Made by a program: the position numbers and the translations under genes. Below are positions 36,664-49,282 of a DNA stretch of 64,000 nt, piece by piece (position 1 is the first letter of the stretch; each line of letters starts with the position of its first letter). The DNA lies in assembly GCA_025594325.1 (NCBI GenBank), contig JANHCV010000007.1:744001-808000 (forward strand), written 5' to 3'. This DNA comes from Blastocladiella emersonii ATCC 22665. Its lineage: Eukaryota > Fungi > Blastocladiomycota. The notes under the pieces were generated by a model. It was not told the origin of the DNA and searched no databases. It was given only the letters and a program-made list of their open reading frames with translations.

Positions 36664-39478
36664 ATGGCGTCGCACCCCTCGGACCCGCCTGCGGGCCCAC
36701 CAGCGCCGCCGCCTGCCGCCACCGATCCCCACGCACACATGGCGCACGCTGAGCAGTACGGCCTGCTGCCGTCGACGGCCTCGGCGCGGTCGGCCGCGTC
36801 CGCGTCGGGCGTCCCCGAGTACTTTCTGTGCCCGATCACGCTCGAGCTCATGGCCGAGCCGACGACGACGCGGTGCGGCCACCTGTTCGACCGCACCGCC
36901 ATCCTCAAGTGGATGAAGGGCGAGTACGACCCGACCCGCACCGCCGCCTTCTGCCGCGCCTGCCCCGTCTGCCACCAGCCCATTGACGAGGCCTCGCTGA
37001 GCCCGTGCTTCCCGATCAAGACCGCCATTGCCGACTGGGTCGCCGCCAATGCGGCCGCTGCGAGTGCTGCGGCCGTCGACGCGGACCTCACGGGCGACTC
37101 GAGCGCGGGTGCCGAGAAGAACAAGTCCGGCAACGTCGTCGCCTCGTTCCTCCGCGGCAAGCTGCGCCTCGGCAAGCGCTCCAGCTCGACCGGCAAGCTT
37201 AACAGCTCGGGCTCCGGCTCGGCGTCTTCGTCGAGCGACGACCGGTACGGCGTTTCCCCGCCGCGCCGCGACGCGTCTCGCGAACCTTCTCGACTAACCT
37301 TCCTTGCCCCTCCGTAGCCGCCGCGACATCAGCGGCCGTCTCCCCGCCGCTGCCTCGTCGGGCCCCGTCGGCCACCTCTCGTCGCCCTCGTCGTCGCAGA
37401 GCAACGGCAACCTCGCGTCCTCGGGCACCCCCATCGTCGCCGCCTCCTCGGGTACCGCCCACGCCAACACCAGCCAGTCTGGCAGCGGTAGCGGCAGCGG
37501 TGACCACCACCAGACGCAGTTGGTTCTCGCGCAGCAGCAGCCGCAGCCCATGCCGAACCCGGCGGCCGCGGCCGCGGCGATGCAGCTCATCCCGCAGCAG
37601 CAGCAGCAGCTCCTCCAGATGCAGTACCAGCAGTTTGCCGCCCAGCAGCAGATCCAGCAGCAGCAGCAGCAGGCCCAGATCCAGCAACAGCAGCCGGTTC
37701 TCCAGTACTACCACCAGCAACAGCAACGGCTCCAGCAGGCCCAGGTGCAGGCTGCTGCGGCGGCCGCCGCCGCCGCAACCTCGTCCTCGTCGCGCAGCTA
37801 CAACAACGTCGGCGTCAACTCGGCGCCCGCCGCGCCCTCGTCGTCGACGCGCCCGATCCACCCGTACTACACGACGCAGACCGGGTCCATTAGCGGCCAC
37901 GCCGTGACGCAGACGGCGAGCCGCAACGGCGGTAACAACGGCGTCGCGAGCGGTACGGGCCACGAGCACGAGGACGCGTCGCCCGAAGTCCCCGTGTGGG
38001 GCCGCCTCGTCCCGCTGATCCCGCACATCCACGTCCCGCTGTCGCTCAACCGCGAAAAGTTTGTGATCGGCCGCCACGTCGGGTGCTCGGGCCGCCTCAA
38101 CCTGTCCGAGATCTCGTCGCGCCACGCGTTCCTGTGGCGCGCGCGCCGCGAGCCGCCCGCCGGCGGGCCCATCGGCGGTGGGTCCTCGTCGGCCGGCGGG
38201 AGTAGCGGCGACGCCGTGTGGGAAGTGTACATCGAGGACCGCAGCACGAACGGCACCTTCGTCAACGGGCGCACCGTCGGCAAGGGCCACCGGCGCCTGC
38301 TGCGGCACGGCGACGAGATCGCCTTCGGCCGCAAGTTCACGACGCGCCGCGAGATCCCCGCCGTCGCCTCGTTCCTCGACTGGGTGTTTGTCGGCACCCT
38401 GCTCGCCAACGACCACAAGCCGTCCATCGACCGCGCCAAGCAGGTGCCGTCGTTCGAGGCGTTGGTGGGCATGGCGGACGCGGACCTCGCGCAGTTTGGC
38501 GTCGCCGCGGAACCCGTCCGCCAGACGATTCTGACGGCCGTCGCCAACTGGAAGCACGAGAACCGGTTCCCCGCGTACCGCCTCGAGCTCGTCGACCCGC
38601 AGCTGTACGCGCCCGCCGCCAACGCGTCCGCCGTGTCGCACCCCGATGCCGCTGCCGCCGCGGCTGACCCGCACGGCTCCGCCACGTCGCTGCACCGCCC
38701 GCCGACCAACCCGCGCGCGGCGCCCGAGGACCTGCAGCTCCAGTCGCACCAGGAGGACCAGACCGTCGCGTTGCGCCTCGGCCTCCCCTCCGCGACCTCG
38801 CCGCAGGCCTCGTCGTCGCTCGCCGCGTCCCCGCTTGACGTAGTCCTCGCGCGCCTCGCCGCGCAGTTCCCGCGGCTCGACGCCGAGTCCATCTCGGTCG
38901 TCGCCAAGTACGAGCGGCTCATGGCGCAGCGCCCGCTGTCGCTCGACGAGTGGGAGGCGCGCGCCGCCGTCAAGCTCGGCGAGCTCGCGGCACGCCAGTC
39001 GCCCGCCATCGCGCAGCTCGCGGCGGCTATGGGCGCTGGTGCCAGCGCGACGAACTTGCCGACGGTCCCGCCCCGCGGCGCCGCGTCGGTCGCGCCTACG
39101 CTTGCGAATATGGTCGCGGCGGCAGCGGCGGCTGCGGCTGCGGCGAACGGGACGCCGCCCGTCTTGCCCGCGGCGGTCCCGTCACCAGGCGGTGGTGGTG
39201 GCGCGACAACGTACGTCCAGATCATCGGGCCGAACGGGCAGCCGATGCTCCTCCCGATCGTGCTCCCTGCCGGCACCATGCCCATCCAGCAACAGCAGCA
39301 GCAGTCCCCGGCCCCCGAACCGGCGGCGCCCGCACCCGCTCCCGTCGTCTCGCCACCACAGCCGCCAGCACCAGCACCACCAGGCGCGCTCGTGCCCGCG
39401 GGGCAGCTCCCTCCCGGGATCAACATGCAGGCGCTCGCGCAGGCGTTTGCGGCGATGCAGCAGCAGCAGGCGGTCGCT

Positions 39479-39509
<31 letters not shown>

Positions 39510-39772
39510 GCGCCCAGGCGATGCAGCAGCAGGCGCAGCACCAGCAGCACCAGCTCATGCTCGCGTTCCAGCAGATGCAGCTTCACCAACAGCAACAGCA
39601 ACAGCAGCAGTACGCGCCGCACCACCACCACGCCCACCACGCGCACCCGCACCCGCACCACCAGCAGCAGCAGAACGGCGTCGAGCCGCCACCACCACCA
39701 CCAGCAGGCGGCGGCGGTGACGATCCAGCGGCCGTGGCGCCAGGATCCGCTGGCGCAGGAGCTGACGCGTAA
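36664..39772 (+). CDS. U-box + Q-rich + FHA + SAM-like domain protein (putative E3 ligase); 2 exons (36664-37244, 37318-39772)
   Basis: U-box PEYFLCPITLELMAEP..CGHLFDRTAILKW..CPVC. FHA VIGR..ISSRH..EDRSTNGTFVNG..LRHGDEIAFG. SAM-like FEALVGMADADLAQFGV..RQTILTAV. Confidence 0.82.
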
Positions 39773-40006
39773 GCGCGGTCTCGGCCGTCCGTGTCTCAGA
39801 CACATCCTCATACATGACCTTCTTTTTTCCACTCACTCGACCGCTCCGTGTCTCACCCGCCACTGCGGCGCAGCTGCGCGCCGACCACGCGCGGCGGTCA
39901 TCTTCGCCGCGGCCCCCGCGGGCCCCACTTGCCCTCCCCGCTTCCATCATCGACGTAACGCATCAACACCACCACCAAGATCTACCTCACCCTCGTTGCC
40001 AACACC

Positions 40007-41077
40007 ATGTACCCGACCTCCTCGTCGCGCTACACCTCGGCCCCGGGCTACGGCTCGGGCTACGACGACTACCGCCGCGACCCGCGCCCGTACTCCGCGG
40101 GCACCGGCACCAGCACCGGCACCGGCGGGTACGGCGACCCGTTCTACAGCGGCGGCAGCGGCGGCGGTTACGGCGGCAGCGGCGGCGGCGGTTACGGCGG
40201 CAGCGGCGGCGGCGGTTACGGCGGCCGCACCGACGACTACCGCCGCACCCAGGGCTACGACGACTACGAGCGCGAGCGCCAGCGCGCCCCCGGGTACCAC
40301 CGCGCGAGCTACGAGGACTACGGCGGCGCGCCACGCGCCGGGCTCGCGGGTCGCGCGACGGGCGCGTTCGACCGCGCCCTGGGTCGTGCCGAGGTACGCG
40401 TCGCTGTGTGACGAGCGCGGGCGGTGACACGACGCGACGCGGCGCGGCGCGATGTCTCACCACCACTGCCGCCCTCCGCCGCCCGTCGTGTGTGTGTGTA
40501 GGAGATTGCCGGCCGCACGGCGAGCCGCCCCGAGTGGACGGCCGCGGGCCGCGAGCGCATGGGCCGCGGCGACTGGGAGGACCAGTACGCGCGGTCGACG
40601 CAGCATATCGGCCCGCCGCTTGGCAGCGGCGCGAGCGGCTACGACCGCGGCGGGTACGACCGCGGCTACAACGGTGATCGTGGCTACGGCGACCGCGGCT
40701 ACGGCGGCGGCGACCGCGGGTACACCCGCGACGATTCGGGCTTCGGTGGCGGCGGTCGCTACGGGCCCAGCAGCTACAGCGGCTACGGCCGCGGCGAGCC
40801 GGGCTACGGCTACAGCGGGCCCAGCAGCTACGGGTACGGTAGCGGCGCCGACCGCGGTGGCAGCGGCTACCCGTCGGGCGCGTACTACCCGGACCCGCGC
40901 GGTGGCAGCGGCAGCGGCAGCGGGTACCGCACGGGCCGCCACAAGCACAAGTCGAGCGGCGGCGGCTACCCGCGCCGGTCGGGCTCGTCGTCGTCCTCGT
41001 CGTCCGGGTCGCGCAGCCCGATGCAGCCGGCGCTTCCGCCGCGTGGCCCGCGCCGCACCGCGTCGTGGAGCCACTGA
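40007..41077 (+). CDS. Gly/Tyr/Ser/Arg-rich low-complexity protein; 2 exons (40007-40393, 40502-41077)
   Basis: Phase-0 GTACGC..TAG intron joins two GYGG/DRGY-rich ORFs. Tandem GGSGGGGY repeats at about 40147-40225. Confidence 0.7.
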
Positions 41078-41558
41078 GGGCGACGGCGGCGGTGATGACG
41101 GATGGGCGGAGAGATACCCTTGTGGGTCGAGAGTGAGTCATGTTCAATGACAGCGAGTTTGTTTGATCCATCATCCACCTTCCGCGTGTCGCGCGTCTCG
41201 CGCGTGTCGCGCGAGATGATGTCCCTCGAGCTGGGCGAGTAAGCAGTCTCTGTCTTGCATAGCGACGGTTGCTTCCGAGAGCGCAAACGAGCGCCCTGCG
41301 GTGCAGTTAAGCGTAAGGCAGACCAGCAACTCGGTCACACAAAGCGACGCGTCGCGAAATCATGTGAGTTTCGGCTGATATTCGAACGCGTCTCGCGCGC
41401 CAGCGGCTCCGACTAGTGCCCCTTCGGAAGCTCACAGCCGAGGAGGAGTGCTTTCAGAGTAAGCACGCTTCGAGGAAAGCAGACGAGGTAGCGGTCACAG
41501 ACGAGAGAAGTGTGTATAAAGAAAATCTATGGGTTGAATCGCAACTTCAAACCTACCG

Positions 41559-43829
41559 CTACTGCTGCGTCTTGACCTCGAGCAGCGCCGGGCTCAGGTC
41601 CACGGTCGTCTCGGGCCCCGCGAGCGACGGCGGGTGCTCGTCGGCCGGGGTCGCCGCCGCCGCCTCGGACGCGACGACCACCTCCTCGCCCGCGTCGGCG
41701 GCGCGCGGGATCGTCGCGGGGGTGACCATGAGGAAGTGGTCGGCGGCCGTGACCGTCTCGTTCTCGCCCGACGACAGGACCGCGAGCACCACGTCCTCGC
41801 CGTCGATCGCGCGCGGGGTCTCGGGGCGCGCGGGCGCGTCGATGCCGACGTGCTTGTTGGAGCGGACGAGGCGCAACAGGGCAAAGTAGGCGAGCGCCGT
41901 GAACCCGAGGTAGATGGCAAAGGGCGCGAGCGTGTTGGCCAGGATCGAGCCCTTGTCGTCGAACCCGAGCGCCGTGATCGTGTCCTCGCCGCGCACACAG
42001 CCGCGCGCGCGCACGCGCGCGTCCGTGTCCTTGGACTCGCTCGGGCACATGACGAGCCCCGTGAACTCGTTCTTGATGAAGGCGCGGAACCCGTACGCCA
42101 TGGGCGAGAGCCACTTGATCCACGCGAGCGCCTTGGGCATCTCGCTCGCGAGGAAGTCGGACCCGAGGATCATGGGCATGAGGATCAGCGGGACCAGGAC
42201 CAGGGAGATGTGCAGGTCGTCGACCGCCGCCGCCGTCATGGTGCCGATCGCCGTGCCGCACAGCGACATGGCCACGGTCACGAGCGTCGCGATCACGTAC
42301 TTGCCCGCGTCGTGCTGCAGCCCGACCATGTAGTAGGAGATGGCGACGAGGATCGCCGGCGTGATGAGCTGGAACGGCAGCTCGACGGCCATCTTGGAGA
42401 AGAAGAAGGCGGGCAGGCCGTAGTACCCCGCGCCGTACTCGCGCCGGAACACCTCCTTTTCGGACGAGAAGACGGCGACGACGCCCATGCCCGACGAAAT
42501 CACCTGCTGGATGGCGAGGAAGAAGAGGACGCCCGTGCGGTCCTGGATCTGCGACAACAGCTTGCGGTCCTTGATGTCGAAGAAGAGCGCGCCGACCAGG
42601 AGCCCGATCACGACGCTCTGCGCGATCTTGGCCTTGACGATGAGCGGGTGGCGCACCACGTTGCGGCCCGCGCGCGCCATGAGCACAGAAAATTGGGAAA
42701 CGAACCCGGCGACGTATTTGTGTGCGTCGCGCTTGATCCCGTCGGCGCGCGCCGGCCGCGCGATCGCCTCGAGGACCGCCTTGTTCTCGGGCGAGTGCTT
42801 CCACACCTCGAGCAGCCGCGGGATGCGCTCCTTGGGCGCGTAAGGGCCCGTCACCTCGCCCGTGCCGCGGCCGCTGCCCTCCGTGTTGAGAATGTCCATG
42901 AAGAAGAAGTCGGCCGGGTTCGAGTACTGCGGGCACGGGTACCCCGCGCGGGCGAAATAGGGCACCGACTCCTCGGCGGGACCGTAGTACATGACCTCGC
43001 CCTGCGACAGGATGCACAGGTCGTCGACGAGGTGGAAGATCTCGGACGACGGCTGGTGCAGCGTCGCGACCACCGTCCGCCCGCTCTCGGCCAGCTTCTT
43101 CAGCAAACGGACCACGGACCACGCCGTGTACGAATCTTGCCCAGAACTTGGCTCGTCGAGGAAAAAAACTGGTGGATTCGAGACGAGTTCGCGCGCCATG
43201 CACACGCGCTTGCGCTCGCCGCCCGAGATGCCCTTGGCGGTGGCCGTGCCGACGATCGAGTGCTTGCACTTGTCGAGCCCGAGCATCGTGATGGTCTCGT
43301 CGATGCGCTGCTGGCGCTCCGCGTCCGACATGCCGCTGGGCAGGCGCAGCTGCGCCGACATGGTGATGGCCTCGAGCACCGTCTGCGTGCCCATGAGCAC
43401 GTCGTCCTGGTGGACGAATCCCGAGACGCGCTTGATCTCGCCGCCCGCCGCGCGCTGCCCGTTGAGGTACACGTTGCCCGAGATGGTGCCCGACGTCGCC
43501 TCTCCCGCGACCGCGTTCAAGCACGAGGTCTTGCCCGCGCCCGACGCGCCCACGATGACGGTGAGGCGGCCGGCCTTGAACGTGGACGCGATGCCGTGCA
43601 GGATGGTGCGCTTGGTGGCCTTGCTGCCGCTGCCGATCATGATGTCGTAGCGCAGCTCGTCGAACGCAATGTCGACGCGCTGGCTCGCCGGCAGCTCGGG
43701 GATCGGGACCATCCACGCGCTGCTCGTTGACGCGCGCGGCTCAGGCTCGGCCGGGACCGTGAGCGAGTAGCCCGCCGCCGTGGCCGTGGTCGGGCTCGTG
43801 GGTTTCTGCAGGGGTGATTCGAAGGCCAT
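41559..43829 (-). CDS. ABCG (White-type) half-transporter, intronless
   Basis: Walker A GASGAGKT, signature ISGGERKR, Walker B FFLDEP, H-loop TLHQPS, and a C-terminal ABC2 membrane domain (FRREY, WLSPMAY). Confidence 0.95.
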   Translation of the reverse strand: MAFESPLQKPTSPTTATAAGYSLTVPAEPEPRASTSSAWMVPIPELPASQRVDIAFDELRYDIMIGSGSKATKRTILHGIASTFKAGRLTVIVGASGAGKTSCLNAVAGEATSGTISGNVYLNGQRAAGGEIKRVSGFVHQDDVLMGTQTVLEAITMSAQLRLPSGMSDAERQQRIDETITMLGLDKCKHSIVGTATAKGISGGERKRVCMARELVSNPPVFFLDEPSSGQDSYTAWSVVRLLKKLAESGRTVVATLHQPSSEIFHLVDDLCILSQGEVMYYGPAEESVPYFARAGYPCPQYSNPADFFFMDILNTEGSGRGTGEVTGPYAPKERIPRLLEVWKHSPENKAVLEAIARPARADGIKRDAHKYVAGFVSQFSVLMARAGRNVVRHPLIVKAKIAQSVVIGLLVGALFFDIKDRKLLSQIQDRTGVLFFLAIQQVISSGMGVVAVFSSEKEVFRREYGAGYYGLPAFFFSKMAVELPFQLITPAILVAISYYMVGLQHDAGKYVIATLVTVAMSLCGTAIGTMTAAAVDDLHISLVLVPLILMPMILGSDFLASEMPKALAWIKWLSPMAYGFRAFIKNEFTGLVMCPSESKDTDARVRARGCVRGEDTITALGFDDKGSILANTLAPFAIYLGFTALAYFALLRLVRSNKHVGIDAPARPETPRAIDGEDVVLAVLSSGENETVTAADHFLMVTPATIPRAADAGEEVVVASEAAAATPADEHPPSLAGPETTVDLSPALLEVKTQQ

Positions 43830-46239
43830 GGCCGAGGGGGAGTTTGCTACGTTGCTACGTCGGGTTTCTGTGGAATCTCCTGGCGAGGGCGGGGCGCTCC
43901 CGCGTCTTTATACTTGCGTGCCCTCGCGCGCGCACACATCAGAGAGGCGTTCCCCCGCGGCCTCGCGGCGTCGCCCTTGTGCAGTCGCGACCGCGCGACC
44001 GTGGCGAAAGATGGCGTCCATGATCGTTGGGCCTGTAGTGCATGACGGTGAAGCAGTCTCGAGGCGCCAAATTGAGCGCCAGGGACGTGCCGCGCGCGCT
44101 GCACCGCAAGCGCGTTGTTGCTTGGATGGCTGAAACAGGACTCAGTCTCCAGCGGGTGGGACCCACAGGTGCTCGACTGGGGACCCGAGGGCCGAATCCG
44201 GCGTCTCGCGGGGTCCCTCACCATAGCCCACCCGTCTTTTGCCCCACGTGCTGGTTCTCCGCCGTCGACGGCGACGCCAAGCGGTGGCGACTCCCAGACG
44301 CCCGAGCAGGAATCTGCGCGTGGGCGTCGAGTTGGTGGTGACGAATTGGCCATGCGGTCACAGGTCGACGGCGCCCTGATCAGTGACTCGGTCGTGAATC
44401 CTCGCGCTCGGAACGACTTGAGGCCGACTCGCGTGCGCAATGACGTTGGTTGATGACCGTGGACGCGCTGAGAACCGAGGGTCCATCCGCTCGATGGATG
44501 GTCACCGAGTGAGTTAGGTTCCTATCAAAGTGTGTTGTGTCATGGATCGAGCTTTGCTATCAGTGAGTTCCCTCGCGAGAGTCACGGCCTCGTCTCACAA
44601 GAGTCATCGATCGACGGACATCGCTAGCTCGTCCACTACAGGGCGGGCGTGCCGTGAAAGAACACTTGTGGTGCCGGGTGCGGTTCCTCGCCTGCCGCGG
44701 CGCTGCGAGACAGAGACGCGTCGATCAAACACGTGAGCGGGCACGTGAGCTTGACCGGCGCGCTCCCACCGAGCGGAGCTCCCGCGCGCCGAGTTCTCAA
44801 GCGCTCGCCATGCAAGCGCTTTTTCCTTAGAGTAAGCGTCAAAAGAATATGTAAGTGCATGCATTCTCATGAAACTTTGGCGGTTTAGGCGGTCCAGTGC
44901 GTCCCGCGCTCGAGCCTCGCCCTCGCGGGACGGATGCTAGTTCCCTCGAGCCGCTCTGAGCCTGACCCCGCTTTCAATGGCAACTAACGATTTATTGCAT
45001 TGATGGTTTGTGTCTGGCTTTGGCGTTCTCGCACCGGCAGCCCAAGGGTACGCACTTCCTGCACCGGACGCAGTTGTGGCACATATGGCTCTGGCGACCT
45101 GGCACGCGTACCCGTCACGCTCGCCTGCAGGGATAACTGACGCAGCGCAATTGGGCGTCTTGTGCAACCTGCCAGTGCGAGAGCCACGCGTAACGCTACT
45201 TTGACGACGAACCATCCTTCTCATGAGCGTTTGCAACACCACCTCGTAGAAATCCGAAAACGGAACGGATACTCGACCCGGCGACTTGCTCGCCCCTGCG
45301 CGCCGGTTGCCCGGACCACCCGTTCGTCCTGGAACACGGCGCGAGTGGACGGGCAACCTCAACGCCTTTCTCTGACCGGAAAACGGTGCCTCGGTCGTCT
45401 TGCGTTATGTCAAGGGTTCATCTCGGGCTCATCCTTGCGACCGTGGCGTGCCGTGCGCTACTCGCGCGGTAACCCTCGATGGTCACTGAGAACCACGACT
45501 TCTTACAACCTCGCTGCCCTGGAGAGCTATGTCGTGTTGCGTTTGGTCACGTTGAAATCCACGACCGACATCTCCTGCTCAGGATTCCGTTGGAGCAGGC
45601 GCTGTTCGCCCTTTGAGGCTAAGCACGATTCCGCTCACTTACTCGAGATGCCCCTGGTCACCCGTGCAACCAGTCCTGCTACTTTCCGCATTTGTCTCCA
45701 TTGGCAAGTTTGCGCTGCACACATCGCAGACAAGTCTGGCATTTATCGCGCTCCGCTGCTCAGTCCAGCAGTCGTCGCGCAACGCTCGTGGACCGCCGTT
45801 CCAGGATTATCGAGCCCGATCCATGATCCCGCGCATGCACCTGCCCGTACTCGCATGCAGACTCGCCCCGGCACGCCCATCCGTCACTCGTCTCCTCGGC
45901 CTTCTGCCGCGGCAGGGCCACGGGTCGCGTCCCGTGTTTGCCATTTTGTACTGAGGGATCGCGTTCCCTCATGTCGCCGCGTCGTTGGACCGGGCAAAAG
46001 AGCGCGGATGCTTCAGTGCGGTTCGCGAGCAGTCGAGCACGGGCGATCGGGTGCGTGTGCGGGATGGTGGATCCGCTCGGTGATTCTGGCAGCGGGGTTT
46101 GAGCGAAAAGCGCGGCTCGTTGGCGGCAGGATGGAATCTCAATGTATATATATTTTTATCCGGAAGCAAGCTCATGACGTTCGATTGCGGCGAGGATGAA
46201 CCTTGAGTCGGGAAGAGTCGCGCGCGGGAGGGCCGATAT

Positions 46240-46271
46240 GTTTCAGCCGCTCACGCGGTGGCGCAACGCGT
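46240..46271 (-). promoter_or_regulatory. Family A upstream element, instance 0 (orphan)
   Basis: + strand GTTTCAGCCGCTCACGCGGTGGCGCAACGCGT, near-identical to the elements upstream of copies 1, 3 and 4. Confidence 0.55.
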
Positions 46272-46357
46272 ATTCGGCTCACGCCGGCCGCCGACGAACT
46301 GGAAAGCTGAGAGAAACGGGAATCAGACAAATGATTCTGATTGATTGAGCGGTAACA

Positions 46358-47782
46358 TCATTTCTCGTGCTTGATGAACACGGCAGGCAGGAGTCCCGTC
46401 TGCGCGTCGCGAGGCAGAGCGAACGAAGGGCTTCGCCCTGTAGCCGTAGGTTCGTGCTCTCGGCGAAGCTTGTCGATGATCGCGCGCGATTCCATGAAGA
46501 AGTTCTCGCCGAAAAACTCACCCTTACCGAGCGAAGCCATGGCTTCGTCATACAGGGGCTGAAGCGGCGGGAGATGCTTGCGCTCGATGCGGAAGCGCGC
46601 GGCAAATCCAGTAGTCGCCTAAGTGGTGCGATGAACACGTCAGCGACCGTGCGATGAGGGAGAACCCGGGAGACTGGACGCACCAAGACGGCAATCGTGA
46701 TGACGATGAGAGGCGCGAGCTGGTGAAGCGTGACGATCTTGGGCTCGGCCCCGCCCTCCACTGCCAGCGCCGTGCGCGCGTTGAGCCGCGTGAGGTACGT
46801 CTCGAGCTCAGAAATGCTGTGCACTAGAGAGTGTGGCCGTGAGGTGATGGTCAAAACCGTATCAAAGCACAATGTACACACGATCGCGCCAGGCCATTGC
46901 TCGCTCAACGAGCGAGACCAGGAACGGGCTCAAAGCGCGCGCCCCGCTCCCATCGTCCAGCGGTGCGAACATCCAGCGCTGCATAAACGCAAGGGTCCGA
47001 ACCTCGGTAGCGGTCGCGGTTGAAGGAAGAGTTGAACAGAGCGCGGAAGCCCGCGGATTGTCAAACATTTTGGTCATGATCTGGCGCACGGACTTGCGGA
47101 ACTTGATGCCGAATTCCGCAAACAGGCTCTGGTACTAGATTGACGGGAATGGTTAGAACGAGGTCAGGTCGCGCGGCAGTGAGTTCGGCAGGCACGCACC
47201 GCCTCAAAGTCCAAACGGCTTTCACCTCCGCCAAAGAGCTCGAGAAAATCGACATAGCAGTGGTTGCGGACGATCGAGGTGTCCGTGAAGAGGCCGTAGA
47301 CAAGCACACTCAGCCGGACCTGCAGCTTGACGTCATTCGAAAGCGTCTTGAGCCGCACCCGCTTAGCCGCGTGCCTGACGCCGTTCCCACGCGAAGGTCG
47401 CAACAAGGCGGTCAGTCTAACTCCGAAGCAGGTAGACAGGCCCGTAAACGTACACGGCCACCTTCTCCTCGGCCTCCTCGTCGTCGTCGTCGTTGGCCGC
47501 ATCCTCGAACTCGCTCTGACTCGCGGCAGCGTCATCACCGCTGTGCGAGTCACCCTCGCCTTGGGCAGTCTCACGGCGACCCCTCTGATCGTCGACACCA
47601 GCTTCGCGTTTCACACGAACGGCGGATTCAGGGCGACCACGGCTCGGTCGGTCCGCTCTCGGGCGAGGACGCGCCCGTGCGGCGTCAGCGAGGGGGCGCT
47701 CCGGCCGAGTCGGTTCGGGCCGCGCCGAGCGCTCGCGGATACGCTTACTGCGTCGAGCCGTTTCAGTTGCATGAGGTTCCAT
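46358..47782 (-). CDS. Family A copy 1, unknown 5-exon protein (about 400 aa)
   Basis: MEPHATETARRSKRIRER, acidic tract, LVYGLF..HCYVDF, EVRTLAF..W..SPFL..W, VTLHQLAPLIVITIAVL, LYDEA, RDAQTGL. Confidence 0.72.
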
Positions 47783-47856
47783 GGGTTTTGCGTCCGCAAT
47801 GGCAGCGGGTTGCTGCTTTTGTCGGGGAGCAGCGACTGATGCGGCCGCCCGCGTTC

Positions 47857-47889
47857 GTTTCAGCCGGCACGGGAGGTGGCGCAACGCGT
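47857..47889 (-). promoter_or_regulatory. Family A upstream element, instance 1
   Basis: + strand GTTTCAGCCGGCACGGGAGGTGGCGCAACGCGT, about 75-105 bp upstream of the ATG at 47782. Confidence 0.6.
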
Positions 47890-47997
47890 TTGTTCCCTTC
47901 CAGCCCGCTTGCAGAAAAAGCGAGTCACTCGGGACAGGACTTCGGATCAAGATCTTTGAGAATGCGTTATTGATACAAACTGATGAGATGGACGCCA

Positions 47998-49282
47998 TCA
48001 CATGCCATGCTTGGCGAACGCTGCCATCGGGAGCCCCGACCGCGCATCGCGAAGCACGTCCGACGGCCGGTTTCGGCGCGAAACCACCGACTTGCCCCCC
48101 TTGAGCAGCTTCTGAGCGAGAGCGCGTGAGTCCTTGACAAACTGCTCGTCGAGGACGCCGTCCTGGTCCTGGAGCGACTCGATGGCCTCGTTGTACAGTC
48201 CGTGGAGCGGCGGGAGGTGCGTCGAGTCGATGCCGAGGTGCGAGACGATAGCAGGGTTTGCCTGTGGGGCACTTATGGGTGAGCGGAGCGACTACGATGG
48301 CGGAAGCGTGATCGAGTGGTACCAGAGTCGCAATCGTGACCACGATCAGCGGCGCGAGCTGGTGCAGCGTGATGGTCCTACCCTCGCCGGCCCGCGCCAT
48401 GCGCTTGTTGATCTGCTTGAGGCAGGCCTCGACCTCGACAAAGCCGTTCCCTGAGCACGGGTGCTGGGCGTCAGTGGACGGTCGCGGTCGAACACCCGTA
48501 CGAAGCGTGCACGTACCTTCGCGCCAGGTGATCGCTTTCTCGACGAGGTCGTTGAGGAACGGGTGCAAGACGGACGTGCCGGCACTCGTCCGCTCCTTGA
48601 GCATCCAGTGGCGGTTGAATTCGAGCGTCCGGACGTCGGAATCAGCGTCGACGTCGGGAAAGGTCGGTCGGACCGAAGCGCTCGCTTTGCGCTTGAGGAT
48701 GCCATTCGCCGCGGTAGTGATGCTCTGGCGGTACGACTTGAGCGCCTTCCTGTACGCCTCGAGGTACTGTGACACGAAGAGACGAGTGAGATGCGTCCAA
48801 GTGCGGTGTTCGTTCAGTCAAGCCGTCGCACCTCCTCGAATCGCATCGCCGAATCTCCCTTGGAGACCGCGTCGAGGTAGTTGGCGTAGCAGTGCTCGCG
48901 GATGACCGCGCGACTCGCGAACGGCCCGTAGACGAGGGCGCTCACGCGGACGTGGACCGGGGGCAGAGACGCAACACGCCGGCGCTTCTTTGCGCTAGCG
49001 ACGACCATGGCGTTTAGGTTCGAGCGACGCGGACGGGGGCGCGTGAACGATGCCGTACCCTTGAACGCCGCGGTCGTCCGTTTCCTCGCCATCCTCACCG
49101 CCACCGTCATCATCGTCGTCACCTTTACGCTCGTCCGCGCTCTCGTCCAGGTCCTCATCTTGCCCTCGACCAGTTCCACGAGTGCGACCGGCATCGCCCA
49201 TCCCAGATGACTCCAAACCGACCGCCGATTGCGGGCGGCGGCGCTTGATAACACCGGCCGTGGTAGTTGCATGAGGCTCCAT
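47998..49282 (-). CDS. Family A copy 2
   Basis: MEPHAT, acidic tract, LVYGPF..REHCYANY, DVRTLEFNRHW..HPFL..W, ITLHQLAPLIVVTIATL, LYNEAIESLQDQDG, RDARSGLPMAAF. Confidence 0.75.

Noticed and set aside
45162-46199. 345-aa plus-strand ORF in island 2
   Set aside because: It has no ATG-anchored host-like composition or motifs, and the neighbouring family genes and upstream element point to the minus strand.
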